A stretch of DNA of 63,146 nucleotides, counting the filler, from Chiloscyllium plagiosum (Eukaryota), in the NCBI RefSeq assembly GCF_004010195.1. It is 4 parts of one record of this genome, joined end to end, with 100 filler letters (N's around TTAATTAATTAA, not from the genome) between each part and the next. Parts side by side here need not be neighbours in the genome. Positions count along the whole stretch, not along the records: positions 1 to 30,116 come from NC_057716.1; 3 more parts are not named here. One strand, 5' to 3'. Under the pieces are notes generated by a model. That model searched no databases, was not told the origin of the DNA, and saw only the letters and a program-made list of their open reading frames with translations. Below, piece after piece: positions 1 to 14,369 of this stretch (its first letter is position 1; every line of letters starts with the position of its first letter). The position numbers and the translations under genes were made by a program.

Positions 1-340
1 CTTCAACAGCTTCAACAGTTCCCCTTCCCCCACCTCACCGCAGTTCCAAACTTCCAGCTCAGCACTGTCCCCATGACTTGTCCTACCTGCCTATCTTCCT
101 TTCCACCTATCCACTCCACCCTCCTCCCTGACCTATCACCTCATCTCCTCCCCCACTCACCTATAGTGCTCTATGCTACTTTCTCCCCACTTTCTCCCCA
201 CCCCCTCCCTCCTCTAGCTTATTTCTCTACGCTTCAGGCTCTCTGCCTTTATTCATGATGAAGGGCTTTTGCCCGAAACATCGATTTTACTGCTCCTCGG
301 ATGCTGCCTGAACTGCTGTGCTCTTCCAGCACCACTAATC
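1..340 (+). mobile_element. Penelope-like element 3' end with degenerate hammerhead motif
   Basis: Near-identical to the reverse complement of 55690-56030. C-rich tract followed by aTGATGA-aGGGC-tttt-GCCC-GAAAcatc at ~255-282. Confidence 0.75.
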
Positions 341-504
341 CTTAACCTGAGGGTTGCCATACATCAAGCAAAAGGTGTGATTGAGAAGGTGGGGCCTTTG
401 TGGTGACCTCAGGTGGTATAGGACTTTAACCTGTATGATTAGTGTATTGCTGCATCGCAAAGCATCCATCCAGCTAACAGAGCTAACTGACACCCATTAT
501 ATTC

Positions 505-830
505 CAATGTACTTTACAATCAGCAAAGTACTTTGGAAGTATTGTCACTTTTGTAATGTAGAAATTGGAAACCAATTGATGCACTGCAATGTCTCATAAA
601 GAACAAGGAGAAAATAACCAGAAAATCACTTTAGTTATACAAGTTGATCGATAAGTATTTCTCCTGCTTGCCATGAAATATCTTGGGATTTTGAAGCCTA
701 TGCCTAAGTTAGTACTGCACTGTCATGACTACTCGAGATGTCAACCTAAATAAAATGGTCAAATCTCAGTAATAGGACTTGAACACATAATCCTCTGACT
801 CAAGAGGCAAGAATGCTAACAATGGTCAAA
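505..830 (-). mobile_element. Deu-domain SINE (SacSINE1/AmnSINE1-like) remnant
   Basis: Reverse complement resembles the Deu/3' segment ttcctacattacaacagtgactacacttcaaaagtacttcattggctgtaaag. Confidence 0.55.
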
Positions 831-999
831 AGCTGACAATCTGAAAACATGAAAGTCAAGAAACAAATAAAAATCAGTGTTTGCAGAGAGAAGTGCAAGA
901 AAGAAAGCAAAGTGAATTTGATATACTTAATCATATATCATCATCTACCCTAGAATATGAATTAATTTTGCACTTCTTTCAGTGAGATATCACACATAT

Positions 1000-1282
1000 G
1001 TAGAATCCCTGCAGTGTTGGAAACAGGTCATTTGGCCCATCAAGTCCACAGTGACCCACTATCCCTGCATTTACCATAGCTTATCTACTTACCCTATATA
1101 TCTCCAGGCATTATGGGGCAATTTACCATGGCCAATCCACCTAACCTGCACATCTTTGAAGTGCAGGAGGAAACCCACACAAACACAGGGAAAATGTGCA
1201 AATCAAACACACACAGTTACCCGAGGGCAGAATTGAACCATGTTCCTGGTGCTGTGAGGCAGTAGTGCTAACCACCATGCCA
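1000..1282 (-). mobile_element. HE1-type V-SINE
   Basis: tRNA-like head at ~1220-1282, central V-domain (gggcaatttaccatggccaatccacctaacctgcacatctttg) and CR1-derived tail. Related to 50279-50513. Confidence 0.75.
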
Positions 1283-3339
1283 CAATAACTGTGGCTCATT
1301 TGGTAGCATGCTTACCTGTGGATTACAAAGGATTGGCTACAAGGACTTTCAGCATAAGAATCAAGGCTGAAACTCTAATGTAATATAGTGAGGAAGCACC
1401 CTACCATCAGAGGAGATGAGGGTCTTGTTTTTCTGCTGGTTTTCCTACGTCTGGGTTCAAGTCTGGCCTGTCCTGGGGGAGTGACATGACCGAAAGAAAT
1501 AAGATTTCCCTGCTGGGAGAAAATGTGGCTTCAGTAGAGTTTAATCAGGTGGAATGTCAATTGTATTGGTGGATAAAGGATTTGGTTAAAATTACTGCCT
1601 CGAAAAGCAGGAATTTTAATTTGGTAACATTTTTAATACAAAAAAATGCCTCTTTTGCCAATTAGTCTCAAATGCATCTGTCTTAGTGTTCCCTTCTTAT
1701 TCACTCCCATCTCCAGCAAAAAGGCATTGCCATCATAACATAATTGTTAAACTGCGATTGTTATTTTGGGAGAGAAAAGAACCATGTCATTTTTGTCATA
1801 ACTTTCATATCACTTGTACGTGGCATGGTGCAATATATTAGCATTGATATCATCATGTTGTTTGTAAACAATAATTTGTCAAGCATATATTCGTGAGGGT
1901 ATGCCTTTTAAAAATAATTTGCTGCTCGCACCTTTAATTAATGCTCACTCTTTCAGCTCAGCTATTTCCTGCACACAAACTGGAACTTACAGGGCAGTTG
2001 TAATTCCATTTTGCTTGATCGCTGTTTACAGCCATCTCTGTATTTTTTAAAATGAAGCAAGCTCATGTTGATGCTGAAAATGGTGGGCCTGGTGAGACTG
2101 TGAACATTGCTCAGTGATTTATTGGAAAATTGCCTAGAAACAGAAAGAAATATGTCATTTTGTCTCTCGCTTCCGCGATGCATTACTTTTTAGTGATCTA
2201 ATCACTATAAAATATAATTTTATAGGTTAGGATGGAGTGCTCATTAAATACCAAAATAGTGGAAGAGAAACCTAATGGTAATCTTAAAAGAACTGCATGG
2301 AAGAATAAAATCAAACACACCAATTCGTATTTTTTAAATTCAGAGATATTTAAATATTTCTTTAGATGAGGGTGAAGCAAATTTAGAAATTAATTAAAAT
2401 GTAAAAACACGACTGCTTTATTTTTATGCGAAGTGATGATTTTAGTGAAGTAATGATGAGCTTTTCAAAGCAATTGATATTTTTGTGAAGAGGAAACAAA
2501 AACAATTCAATCAACCGCAAATTTTAGTTGTCATAAGCTTTGACAACGAAACTCAAGTGGTGTGTAATATTTACAGCATTCATATTAGTATATTGGACTT
2601 ATATTTGTGTATATATAATCGTTAAGATTTTCAAATGAAGTATATATTTTATGTTAACAGGATTGTGACATAGGATTTTGAAAAAATTGTTAATGTACTG
2701 TACTGAGCTATATTTTACTGAAAAATATCATATGTGTACAATTCTAAAACTTAATGCACAATTTACTCAATTTTATCTTGGAAGTGTAGACTCCACTATA
2801 ATCCATGGTTACAGAAGCAAAACACTGAGGCGGTTGGAATTCTGAAATGAAAACAGAAATTGCTGTTAATACTCAGCACCTGTACAGAAAAAAGTTAATG
2901 TTTTGAGGTCAGTGAGTTCCTATGTTCTGAAATAAGGTCACTGATCTGAAACTAAGGAGCTATTTTCCCTGTTTGGGGGAAATGGGTTTGGTTGTGTGCA
3001 GATGGTTCACTGTACAGAAATTGATGTCTCTTCCCAATATTATCCTGCTTTCTTCTGATCTTCTGCTGGGTAGGACTGAAGGACAGTGGAGAAGCCCCCT
3101 ATTGGATGTATCAGATGAGTCATTAAGATAATTAAAAGGACAACTCAATCTTACTTTAACTCACAGCCAAGGTCCTATTTCTCAACCTGTCAACAGCTCT
3201 TACGAGCCACCAAGGTAAGTGCATAGTGGGAAGAACTTTTTCACTGAAACTGATTAGCCATTAATTCTTGGATATGAGATAGGTTTTTTTAAAAAGTAAT
3301 TCTCAGGATGTCAACATTGGAAGTGTTAATCTCAGGATG

Positions 3340-3980
3340 GACAATTATTGCTCATCTCTAGATGCCCTTGAGAAGATGGTGCTGAGCTGTTTTCTTCAAC
3401 TGCAGCAGTCCATTTGTTGTAAGTAGACACATAGCTATATTAGGAAGGGATTTTGACTCCGTGACACTGAAGCAACACCAATATATTTTCAGGTCAGAAT
3501 GGTGCATAGCATGGAGGGAAATTTTCAAGTCATGCTGTTGCCTTGCAATTGCTACATTTGTTTTCTCGGTGGAAGTGATCATGGGTTTGGTAAATGTTAC
3601 CCGACGAGCTTTGGATAACTTATGCAGTGCACATTTTGTAGATGAGGTACACTGCTACTACTGAGTGTCAGAAGGAAGTGAATATTTGTAGATGTGGTGC
3701 CCATCAAGTAGCTGCATTGTCCTGAATGGTGTCAGGCTTCCTGAATGTTTTCAGAGCTGAAAACATCCAGGCAAGTCGGGAGTATTCCAACAAAATCTTG
3801 ATTTGTGCCATGTAGACAGGTGGACAGACTTTGGGAGTCAGGAGGTGAAGTTTAGCTGCACGAATCCTAGCCTCTGATCTGCTCTTGTCACCACAGTTCT
3901 TATTTGGCTAATCCAGTTCAGTGTCTGGTCAATGGTAACCCCCAAGATGTTGATAGTGAGGGGATTCAGTGTTACTCAAT
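3340..3980 (-). mobile_element. Old CR1-clade LINE 3' fragment (family B)
   Basis: Reverse complement matches the 3' part of 6290-7965 (cagcaccatcttctcaagggca tail). Confidence 0.7.
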
Positions 3981-4451
3981 GAATATCTCTCTGAGAGTGT
4001 CTTCACTATTCAACTGGTTATTGCTAACATCTTGGAAGCTCACATCAGCTGTGTAGAATCCCATCATTTTCAGCTGCATTTCCCTGCACTATCATTCACT
4101 GTTGGATGGGAGTGTGGCAAAGCTGAGTGAGTGGCTTGTGTAGAGAGAAAAAGGCGGCTTCTGTGGAGACTGACTGTAAGACATGGCTGCAAGAAGGCTG
4201 GACAATGAGTGTGAGTGGTGGTTTTACACATGGGTATGTGAAGAAGTTCATGGAGAAAGGAATGAGTGGAGCTGCAAGATGTTTTGTGGAGAGTTGTGCA
4301 AGAGAGTACTGGGAAAACCAGAGTGCAGGGCTTGGATCCTGTAAATATTAATGCCATTTGGCTTTCCCATCCTCCTGTGATCCTGAAGCCTCATTGCACT
4401 CTCTCCGGTTTGGAGGTAATGCACTTTTGCTGCTTCCTTTTGGTTGTCCTT

Positions 4452-5562
4452 TTGGACTTTAGTAAGGCATTCAATAAGGTTCCTCATGGTAGACTGGTTG
4501 ACAAGGTTAGATCACATGAAATACAGGGAGAACTAGCCATTTAGATACAAAATTGGCTCAAAGGTAGGAGATAGAGGGTGGTGGTAGAAGGTTACTTTTC
4601 AGACTGGACGCCTGTGACCAGCGGTGTGCCACAAGGGTCGATGCTTTTCGTCATTTATATAAATGATTTGGATGTGAACATAGGAGGTATAGTTAGTAAG
4701 TTTGCAGATGACCCCAAAATTAGTGGTGTAGTGGACAATGAAGAAGGTTATCTCAGTGTACAATGGGATGTGAGCTGGACCTGTGAATTAACGAGTAGCA
4801 AATTAAGTTTAATTTAGATAAATGTGAGGTGCTGCATTTTGGAAAAGCAAATCAGGGCAAGACATATACACTTAATGGTAAGATAATGGGGAGTGTTGAT
4901 GAACAAAGGGACCTTAGAGTGCAGGTTCATAGTTCCTTGAAAGTGGAGTCGCAGGTAGACAGAATAGTGAAGAAGGTGTTTGGTCTGCTTTCCTTCACTG
5001 GTCAGTGCATTAAGTATAGGAGTTGGGATATCATATTATGGCCGTACAGAACATTGGTTAGGCCACTTTTGGAATACTGCATTCAATCCTTTCCTCCCTG
5101 CTATGGGAAGGTTGTTGTTAAATTTGAAAGGGTTCAGAAAAGATATACAAGGATGTTGCCAGGGCTGAGGTTTTGAGTTATAAGGAGCGGCTGAATAGTC
5201 TAGGGCTGTTTTCCCTGGAATGTCGGGGGCTGAGGGGTGACCTTATAGAAGTTTATAAAATCATGTGTGGCATGGTTAGGGTGAATAGTCAAGGTCTTTT
5301 CCCCTGGGGTGGGGAGTCCAAAACTAGAGGGCATAGGACAGTGATGTGTGTCTGAAGTGAGCTGCCAGAGGAAGTGGTGGAGGCTGGTACAATTGCAACG
5401 TTTAAAATGCATCTGGATGGGTGTAGGAATAAGACAGGTTGAGAGGGATATGGACCAAATACTGGCAAATGGGACTAGACTAATTTAGGCTATCTGGTCG
5501 GCATGGATGAGTTGGACCATTGGGTCTGTTTCCGTGCTGTACATCTCCATGACTCCATGACC
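4452..5562 (+). mobile_element. CR1 LINE, 5'-truncated (family A), degenerate RT
   Basis: LDFSKAFNKVPHGRL, SGVPQGS, SKFADD, LEYC and RGDLIEVYKI motifs in broken frames; (ctccatga)n-type tail. Confidence 0.9.
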
Positions 5563-6034
5563 CTTGTACTTGGCAACTTCCTCTTCTACCTGCTTTGGTG
5601 GAGAGGATTTAATTTGTCTCGTATCCATAGGAAAGCTCACCTCACTGCAGCCCCTCAGATCCTATAACAAGGCCTCAAGGTAAACAAGACCCAGAGAAGC
5701 AGCTTGGCCTGGTTTTCTCTCATTCCTATAACTGCTACAGCCTCAAAGTTCCAACTGCTACTTGGGCTTGTCGCCAATGCCAAGGTTCCTTAACTTCAAA
5801 CTCTTTCCCCAGCTGAACAAGCACATTGTCCCAGGCCTCTCTGATTATTCAAGTAACCTAGACACAGGATGTTCATGTTGTGATCGAGTTAAATGGTCAC
5901 AGTAAGCTCACCCAACCATAAGATTCCAACTCTCAAATGGTCTCACCATTCTGACAGGGACCAATTTCAGAAGGTTCAATTCAGTAGGTCTATTTATCTT
6001 CCCATGAAAGTTGCCTGATAACTATTTCCTGCAG

Positions 6035-6220
6035 GATGCTGGAAGAACACAGCAAGCCAAGCAGCATCAGGAGATGGAGAAGTCAATGTTTCGGCTATAA
6101 CCCTGATTTCTAAACAAGAGTTATTCCCGAAACATTGATTTCTCCATCTCCTGATGCTGCCTGGCTTGCTGTATTGTTACAGCCTCCTGCTGGTCTACTT
6201 TGGGTTCCAGCTTCAGCAGT
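6035..6220. mobile_element. Palindromic Penelope-derived mini-element, decayed
   Basis: agcaagccaagcagcatcaggagatggagaagtcaatgtttcgg is mirrored by ccgaaacattgatttctccatctcctgatgctgcctggcttgct. Confidence 0.6.
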
Positions 6221-6289
6221 TTTTTAATTAAATCTCTGATAAATATTTCCAGTATTTTGTGTTTTTAGAGAGCTAAGCAATCCCGCAAA

Positions 6290-7965
6290 CAACAGATCAG
6301 ATCTAAGCTCTGCAGTCCTGTCACTTCCAATTGTAAATGGTATGAACAATTTATCAACTCACTGGAGAAGGAGGCTCCATAAATATCCCGACCTTAAATG
6401 ATGAAGGAACCTAGAACATCACTGCAAAAGATAAAGCTGAAGCCCTTGCAACAATCTTCAGCCAGAAGCGAATGATCCATCTCAGCTTCACCACTGGACC
6501 CCAGCTAAACAGATTCCAATCTTCAGCCACTTGATTCACTCCACGTAATATCAAGAAATAGTTCAAGGCAGTGGATGTTGCAATGGCTATGGGCCCTGAC
6601 AATGTTCTGGCAATAACACTGAAGAATTGTGCACTAGAACTTGCTATACCCCTAGTAAAGCTGTTCCCTTACAATTACAAAGTTGGTATCGACATAAAAA
6701 GCAGGACAAATCCAACCAAGTCAAATACTGCCCTGTCAGTCTACTCTTGATCAACAGTAAAGCAATGGACAATGTCATCAATAATGCTGTCAAGCAGCAC
6801 CTGCACAGTAATAACTTGCTCAGTGGTGCTCAGTTTAGGTTCTACCAGGGTCACTCAACTCTTGACCTGATTATAGCCTTAGTTCAAATGAGGACAAATG
6901 AGCTGAATTCCAGAGGAGAGTTGAGAGTGACAGCTTTTGACATCAAGGCCACTTTTGATTGGATGTGTCATGAAGGACCCCTAGCAAAACTCTTCTAGTT
7001 GGAGTCATGCCTGGCACATAAGAAGATAGCTGTGGTTGTTGGAAGTCAGTCATCTCAACTTCAGGACATCTCTGCAAGAATTCCTCAGGAGAATGTCTAG
7101 ACCCAACAATCTTCAGCTGCTTCATCAATGACATTCTCTCTATCATTAGATCAGAAGTGGGGATGTTCACCAATGACTGTGAAATGTTCAGCACCATTTG
7201 CAGCTCTTCAGATGTTCAAATGCAACAGGATCCGGACAAAACCCAAGCTTGTGCTGACAAATGGCAAGTAACATTCGCACCATACAAATACCTGGCAATG
7301 TTCATCTCCAATAAAAGACAATCTAACATCACCTCTTGACATTCAGTGGTGTTACCTTCGCTGAATCCCGCATACCAACATCCATGGGTTTATCATTGAC
7401 CAGAATCTCAACTGGACTCACCATAAACACAGTGGCTACAGAGACTGGGAATACTGTGGTGAGTAACCCACCTCCTGACTCCTCAAAGCCTGTCTAGTAT
7501 CTACAAGGCACAAGTCAGGAATACACCCCACATGCCTGGATGGGTTCAGCTCCAACAACACTCAAAAGGCTTGACATTATCTGGACTGCATCCATTCCCT
7601 CCACCGCTGACAGTCAGTTACAGCAGTGTATACTATTCACAAGAAACACTGCAGAAACTCAGCAACGCTCCTTAGCACCTTGAAAACTCATGACAAAGGA
7701 CAAAGCAGCAGAAACACAGAAACACCACCACCTGCAAGTTCCCCTCCCAGCTACTCACTATCCTGACTTGGAAATATACCATCATCCATTCATTGTCTCT
7801 GGGTCAAAAGCCAGGCGTTCCCTTTCTAAGGACATTGTGGATATTCCCTCAGACCATGGACTGCAGTGGTTCGAGAAGGCAGCTCACCATTGCCTTCTCA
7901 AGGACAATTAGGGACAGGCAATAAATGCTGGCCAGCTGGTGACAACCACATTGCGTGAATTAATT
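6290..7965 (+). mobile_element. CR1-clade LINE (family B), decayed ORF2 plus 3' UTR
   Basis: YCPVSLL, AFDIKATFD and DKWQVTFAP RT remnants; tail ggcaataaatgctggcc. Confidence 0.85.
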
Positions 7966-9769
7966 TAAAAAAATTAATGTAAGAGATGTTGTGTGTGTAG
8001 TGCTTCATAAGCTACATTTTGACTGTTTGTCAAAGTGCTTTTTCTTGGACGGGGGAAATATAAACTTTATTATGAAGCAGGGAATCTGAGAAACCTGGAG
8101 ACCTGAAATTAAAAAAAACACTTGCTGGAAGTAATTAGAATCTAGTGCAAAACTTAATGACATGCAGTTCAACACTATTGGGATATATTATCACTCTGCA
8201 GTTAAATAATGCCTATTGGGAACTGCAAGTTTTTTTTTCTGCTGTCTCTGTGGTCAAACAGGCTGTCCAAGCCAATGGTCTACCTGTAGTGAGAAAGAAA
8301 TGGAAATCCAATTATAAAGCTTTCAGCACTACACCCATGGAGAAGGCAAAAGAAAGATAAAGGTCAGCATGAAATTTGAATGACAGGGCTAAAGTCTTCT
8401 ACTCATAATTTTGTGTTTGCAATAGAATTCAGAGCAATTCACAGCCTTAAAGGCCTAAGTGAGAACAGCAATTAATTGTAATGAATAATCTGACAAATCT
8501 GGTTGACATATGGCTGCTAATGCCCTCCTTTCTAGTGGGAGCAGTGCAGGGATTAGATTAACTAAAATGAAATCTGGGACCGCCATGCCATCTGCATGTT
8601 CAATAGGAGAAGATACATGCTAAATGGTGAGTGGGTAGATTTCTGTTTTCCACTGAGCGCTCTGTGAATACTCAGTAGATCTGGGAATATCAGTTTTAAT
8701 ATTGCACCACCTGTCTCATAGTGTAACAAGATGCATCGTCCACCACTGATTGGTGTACTATTCGGTCAAGACTGATATACTGTGATTCCTAATTTTAATA
8801 AAATAATCATTAATGTAATCATTGTCATACAATCCTTTCATAAGTATTGAATGTTTCTAATTGCTTCAGAATCTAAGGTTCATATTGGTAAATTAATTTT
8901 AGATCTTGGAAAAGTTACTTCTTTAAAACAAAATCAACTAAATGATTTTAAGATTTTTTTTGAAACCAATAATAGAGGTACTAATAAAAGAGAACTTAAG
9001 GGAAATGGGTTTATGTGCAGAGTCGGAGTTTGATTCGAGTCCTGGTTGAACTAAAAGCACACATATAAGGATCAGTTAAGTAATTGTATTTAAGACAGAT
9101 TTAAGGATAAAAACTCAAAAGGTCAACCTCTTAATATAAAGCTAATGCACAAAGCATCAAAGAGATTACCTGGGGCTCCTTTTCAAAAAGTTGTTATCAA
9201 CATTTCGATGAAATGCACCACAGGCCCTGCAGGATTTTATAAAAGCAAATTTTAAGTTTTAATAAATTGCATACTTTTGTTTGCAGTCAATCAGTTCTAT
9301 TCATAAAGTATATTATGAAGATGTAAGTAACATAATCCTATATTAAGTGCATTCATTAGCATCCAAAGTTAATTTGCCAAAAAACATTAATATACTTTAA
9401 GCCTGGTAGAGCCTTTATTCTCATCTTCTTGGTGACATCATTTGAAAACTATGACTGAATTTTCCCAAGTTCAGATAAAGAGTTTTGTCAAGTGAGATTC
9501 GTGGTGCCTGATCCACCCTAACTTGGAACAACTTTGGTCAACTAATCTTCTGCTGTACAACACCTTAATAATGCAACCAAGTTCTTCAGTGCCTTTCTTG
9601 TGCGACTAACCTGACAGGAGAGATGGAAGTACTTATCACTGCCTGAACCTTCATTTTGCTGGGACACCATATTAAAACCCAGCTGCATGTAACACTACAG
9701 ATTCTGCAAGCCAGGAACCGTCCTTCATGCTGCACTGCTCCACCACTATTATTGAGAAATAGCCCAAAA

Positions 9770-9950
9770 AGGCAAGTTAGCTCTTTACTATGAGGACAGA
9801 GACCTTGAGGTGTATGGGTGCTGGAGTGCAGTGCTTTACCTTTGTGACCCTGTCACTGGCTATTTGCAGCCTAGATTGAGATACTGACCTGAGTCAGTGC
9901 TATTATTGAGGTAAAAAGGAGCACTCAGCAATGCAAGAAATATGGCAATA
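9770..9950 (+). mobile_element. PIF/Harbinger-like DNA transposon remnant (Myb/SANT-like ORF)
   Basis: Degenerate DRDLEV...EI...VSA...KRSTQQCKK pattern. Confidence 0.4.
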
Positions 9951-10674
9951 ATCTTCTGCAGTCTGCAAGGGTATGTGCCACCATTTTCTCTGTTACCTTA
10001 CACTCATATGACCACGACTCATGCTACGGCTACTACTGAACATTCACCTCACCAAGCTCATGGACTAAAACTTGCAATTCACCCAATTCATTCTTCAAAC
10101 AACAACCCCTTCCTGCCCTCTGTGTTTCCAACACATTCACCTCAGACACCTCATCACTAACTGCTTTTATCATACTCACCCCTCCCTTTGTGCTATTGCA
10201 GGAAGAATTATCTCACCCCTCTGGACTGATATCACCACAGCCTCCCAATGATGTACCTGTAATCATGGAATGAACAAGTTGTACTTGTTCTGGAGAACTG
10301 ACCACAGCCCAATCCCTGGAATGCAGAGACATGCATCTTACTCTATGGTCGAACAAAATGCTTGACTGACCATGGCTGACCATGGCCAATAAGCATGAAC
10401 TAGAATTGGAGGCCAAGTCCCTTTACTGACTGTGGTGTAAGCTCTGGCCAACAATAGTTCCCTCTTCACCCCACCATGGATTGCTTCTCTTTGCCATCCA
10501 CACATGGCCACTTGCTTGATGCACGTGCATGATGTTTGCCACGTAAACAGCTGGCATATGCTTAATGTGTGACATTGATTTATAATAGTGCTGTCCAGCA
10601 ACATATCTACCCCATTGACCATTCAATGTTCCCCATTAAACCCTTCCCTCTGCAATAAGTAACAATGTAAGCAA

Positions 10675-10945
10675 CAAATAGACAAGCAGAAGGCTGGAAG
10701 AACACAGCAAGCCAGGTAGAAAATGGAGAAGTCAACATTTCTGGTGTATTCCTTCTTCAGGACTGGCAGAGTTTTCAAAGTGGGTATCCTTAGAAGAGAC
10801 TTTGCAGTGGACTGGCCCTTCTTGAGTCCTGAAGAAGAGTTATATCCAAACCATTGACTCCTCCACCTCCTGAAGCTGCCTGGCTTGCTGTGTTCTTCCA
10901 GCGTCCTGCTGGCCTACCTTGGATTTCAGTATCTGTAGATTTTTT
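10675..10945. mobile_element. Penelope-derived inverted-repeat mini-element, decayed hammerheads
   Basis: gctggaagaacacagcaagccagg...cttcttcagga is mirrored by tcctgaagaag...cctggcttgctgtgttcttccagc. Confidence 0.6.
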
Positions 10946-11629
10946 TTTGTCTCTATGTAAGCCACAGAGGCTGACAGCATCCGTCATGCACAAAATGGAT
11001 GCTAAAAAGTGAAGCTAAGAGCCACAAGATGCATTTGTTTAGATGCATGAGATACATTTCTGTCTGCAAAGTAACCTAACAGAAACCTGAAAGTTATAGC
11101 TATTCCTAAACTCCAAATAAAACCCTGAAGAGCTGACCATAGTGTGTGAGTTCACCTGAGAGCAGTTATGATCATGGGATGCTGGTGGCTTGCTGATCTG
11201 CCTTGCATGGATGAAGGGGGGAGAAAGATGATGGGCAGAGAGCCCAAAGGGACATTGTTGTGAAGGAGCAATTGAAAGAAAGCCAGGACAAGCAATCACT
11301 GAACAGTAGCAGCCAGGTATCTACTCTGGTTTACAAATGTGCCATCTAATTTCACAGAGACAGAGGGGAGAATTGAAAATGGTATATGAATGAGGTAAGT
11401 AGGAGGTTCAATGAGATGCAAGTGCAGAGAAACAATATAGTCAGCACTCAGTAGCAAGGTTCTGAAGTCACCATTTTCAAACCTAAGATGAAAATTGGGA
11501 ACATTTTTTCTCAATATCGTTTTCAATTAATGTCTCCATATTTTCCCAATTTTTCCACCACTTCCCATGGAGGAGAAATTTCTTCCTACTTTTCACATGA
11601 ATATTAGGACACTTAACTCTATCTTGCCA

Positions 11630-12360
11630 ACACATTTCTTGACTCACCGACTGCAGTTAAACTATTAGGTAAATCAGACGATTGGTTCTGGATAAGCAGA
11701 AATTTCCTCCAATTAAATATTACAATTACCAAAGCTGTTGTGATCCATCCCCACCATAAGCTCCACTCTCTTGCTACTGACACCATCCATCTTGCTGCCA
11801 AATATCAGAGGCTGAATTACATTTGACATATCATTTTTGCCCTAAGATGTGTATGTGGCCATGTACCTGTGCTAGCACTAAGACCATCTCTTAACTATCA
11901 TCTGAAATCATTAATCATCTGACTGCCTTATCTATAATTGAAATTTTCAAACATGCATTAGTGCCTCCAGACTAGACTATTCTAATGCACGTCTGGCTAG
12001 TGTCCTGTATTTTTATCCTCAATAAACTGGAGAACATCCAAAGCTGGGATGCCCTTTACTTGCAACAAATCCTGTTCACCTATCAGTTTTGTGCTTATGA
12101 CTAATTAGCTTCAGGTCTGGCAATATCTAATTTTAACTTTCTCCCTTTATGTACTCATTTTCCTCTCTATTTGTGTAATTTTGTCCAGTTTCATAATCCT
12201 CTGAGGGATCAATGCTCTTTTATTGTATCGCTTGAGCATCTTTGATTTTAGTTATTGTTGGCAATGACCTCTGCTACTGGCCCTAGAATTCCTTCTCCAC
12301 CTTCCTAATTCTGTTCCAATCTTTTAGATGTTCCTCAAGACTTACATCTCTGGGCAAAGT
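11630..12360 (+). mobile_element. L2-clade LINE remnant
   Basis: NFLQLN and HA..SRLDYSNARLA motifs typical of the L2 ORF2 C-terminus. Confidence 0.6.
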
Positions 12361-13689
12361 TTGGCCAGAAAATTCTTCTTTCAAAAATCTGATTCTATAT
12401 CTCATATGTTTTGGAATTCACTGTTTGGTTTTAATGATATAATTTAATTTGAAAGATAAAGAGTCAAATATGTGCATTAACATCTGATTGAGGGACTGAT
12501 ACTCAACCCTGCAGTCCGTGTAATTCAAAAAGACCCATAAGGACTGGAATTTACAATGCCCTGCTAAAGCCACTTAAACGTTTCGTCCTGCCTCCCATGG
12601 CTATTTTACCAGGTGATAAGGCACATGCCCAGTGGGTGGCCCAGCCCAGTTTTAGCTGCACAAGTTGATGCTAGGCAAAGAGATTCCTTTGTACTCTTTC
12701 AGCATTAACAGCATTTAATAACATGGTAACAATCTGGTCTGATTATTCCCTGTTGTGGGACTGTGTTACATGTTGATTTGTTACATTCTCTTGAAGTGTT
12801 TTGTTTTGTGAAGGCAATATATTAGACACATTATTGTGGTTTTATTTCTCATAACAAAATGTAACAAAATAATAGTACTTAATCTTTAATGCCAAGATAA
12901 AAAGAGAGACAAAGTTAAAAGAGATGAAGGCTGGAATTCCACACATTCCCAGAACTGGGCTGGCTGGCTGAGAGCAGGGATGCAACTGGGTGACAAGGCA
13001 GGGACAGTGCCGTTGTTGCCTACTTGTTTCCATGGAATTTTACCAGCAGTGAGGTAGATTTTAATTTACCCATTCATCTTAGGACTAATTAAAGGTCTTA
13101 AGTAATCAAGTAATGGCATCCACAGTATGTGACAAGATCATCAAGTAAACCCTGGTGACCTCATTACACGCTATGCATGGCGTAGGGGAGACCCTGTATT
13201 AGGGCATTATGTACATATGCAATTGAGGCCCCCTGGGTAGTTGTTCTCGACCCTATGTGTGCTCTCTCCATTCTGGCCCACAATCATACCCCATTGCGAG
13301 CAGTTCTTTGACTGAGTCTGGCAAAACCACCAAATTAACATTGTAGTCTGGTCTTTATGCTGCTCCTCCATGAAGGGCTAGCTGCAGTTCAAGCAGTGAC
13401 TACTGGTCCTGATAGTGCTGCTGGGACTTGTAAGTTGCTGGCCTTCCTACTGGAATTTACTCCCAAATGGGGCCAGAAGGGATGACATGAGCCACTTAAC
13501 TGCTTGTGGCTGTAAAATTAGGTCATGATTAACTGTGCGGAACTAACCTTGGTGGGGGAGTGGATATTCAGTCTGTCCCACCACCTCAGTGAAAAATTCA
13601 GTTCAAGAGGGACGAAGGAAAACTCAGACATACTGACAGATAGAAGCTCATCTCATTTTTTATGCTTTTAACAGAGAGTTCTCTTGGTA

Positions 13690-13870
13690 TCTGCGCATCT
13701 TTCTAGAAATATCAGTAAAACAGATTATTTGGTCATCATCACATTGCTGTTTGTGTGATTTGCTGAGTAGGGTTTGCCTGGTAGATTTCTTACATTCAAC
13801 CATACTTATATTTCAAAATACTTCATTGGCTGTAGAATTTTTAAGATGTGCTAAGGCTGTGAAATATAAG
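13690..13870 (+). mobile_element. Deu-domain SINE remnant
   Basis: cagattatttggtcatcatcacattgctgtttgtg...caaaatacttcattggctgta. Confidence 0.65.
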
Positions 13871-14369
13871 TTTTTTTCTTTCTTTCTCTAACTTACAATT
13901 TACTCCTGGCAGCATCATCTGCAGTCACACAACTTTGGTTTCCGCATGTATATGGAGGGAACTCAGATCTCTCTTACCAGCTCTCTCAACCCCTCCATTA
14001 TTTCTACACTGTCAGACTCCTTGGCCAACTGTTTGGCTGACGTCCAGGCCTGAAATTACCTCAAATTACACATTAGGAAGACCCCAAATCTTGTTCTCTA
14101 TCTCTCTTGCATGAATGGAAACAAATATTGGACAGGAGATTGACTATCATGCTTCTTGCCCCATTACTCAAGATCAAATTTTACTTCCAAGGAGTGATAG
14201 GTGTGTTAATTTCTGAATCATTTTGACAGGTTTTGAAACAAAATTGTGAACCATGAGGTATGACAAAGAAATAGCTAAAAATACGGAATTTTCAATACAT
14301 TGTGAATCTGGTGCAACATTGCATGCTGTGTGTCTAAATTTGATGTGGTTTTCAGGTGAAGCAGGGGGA

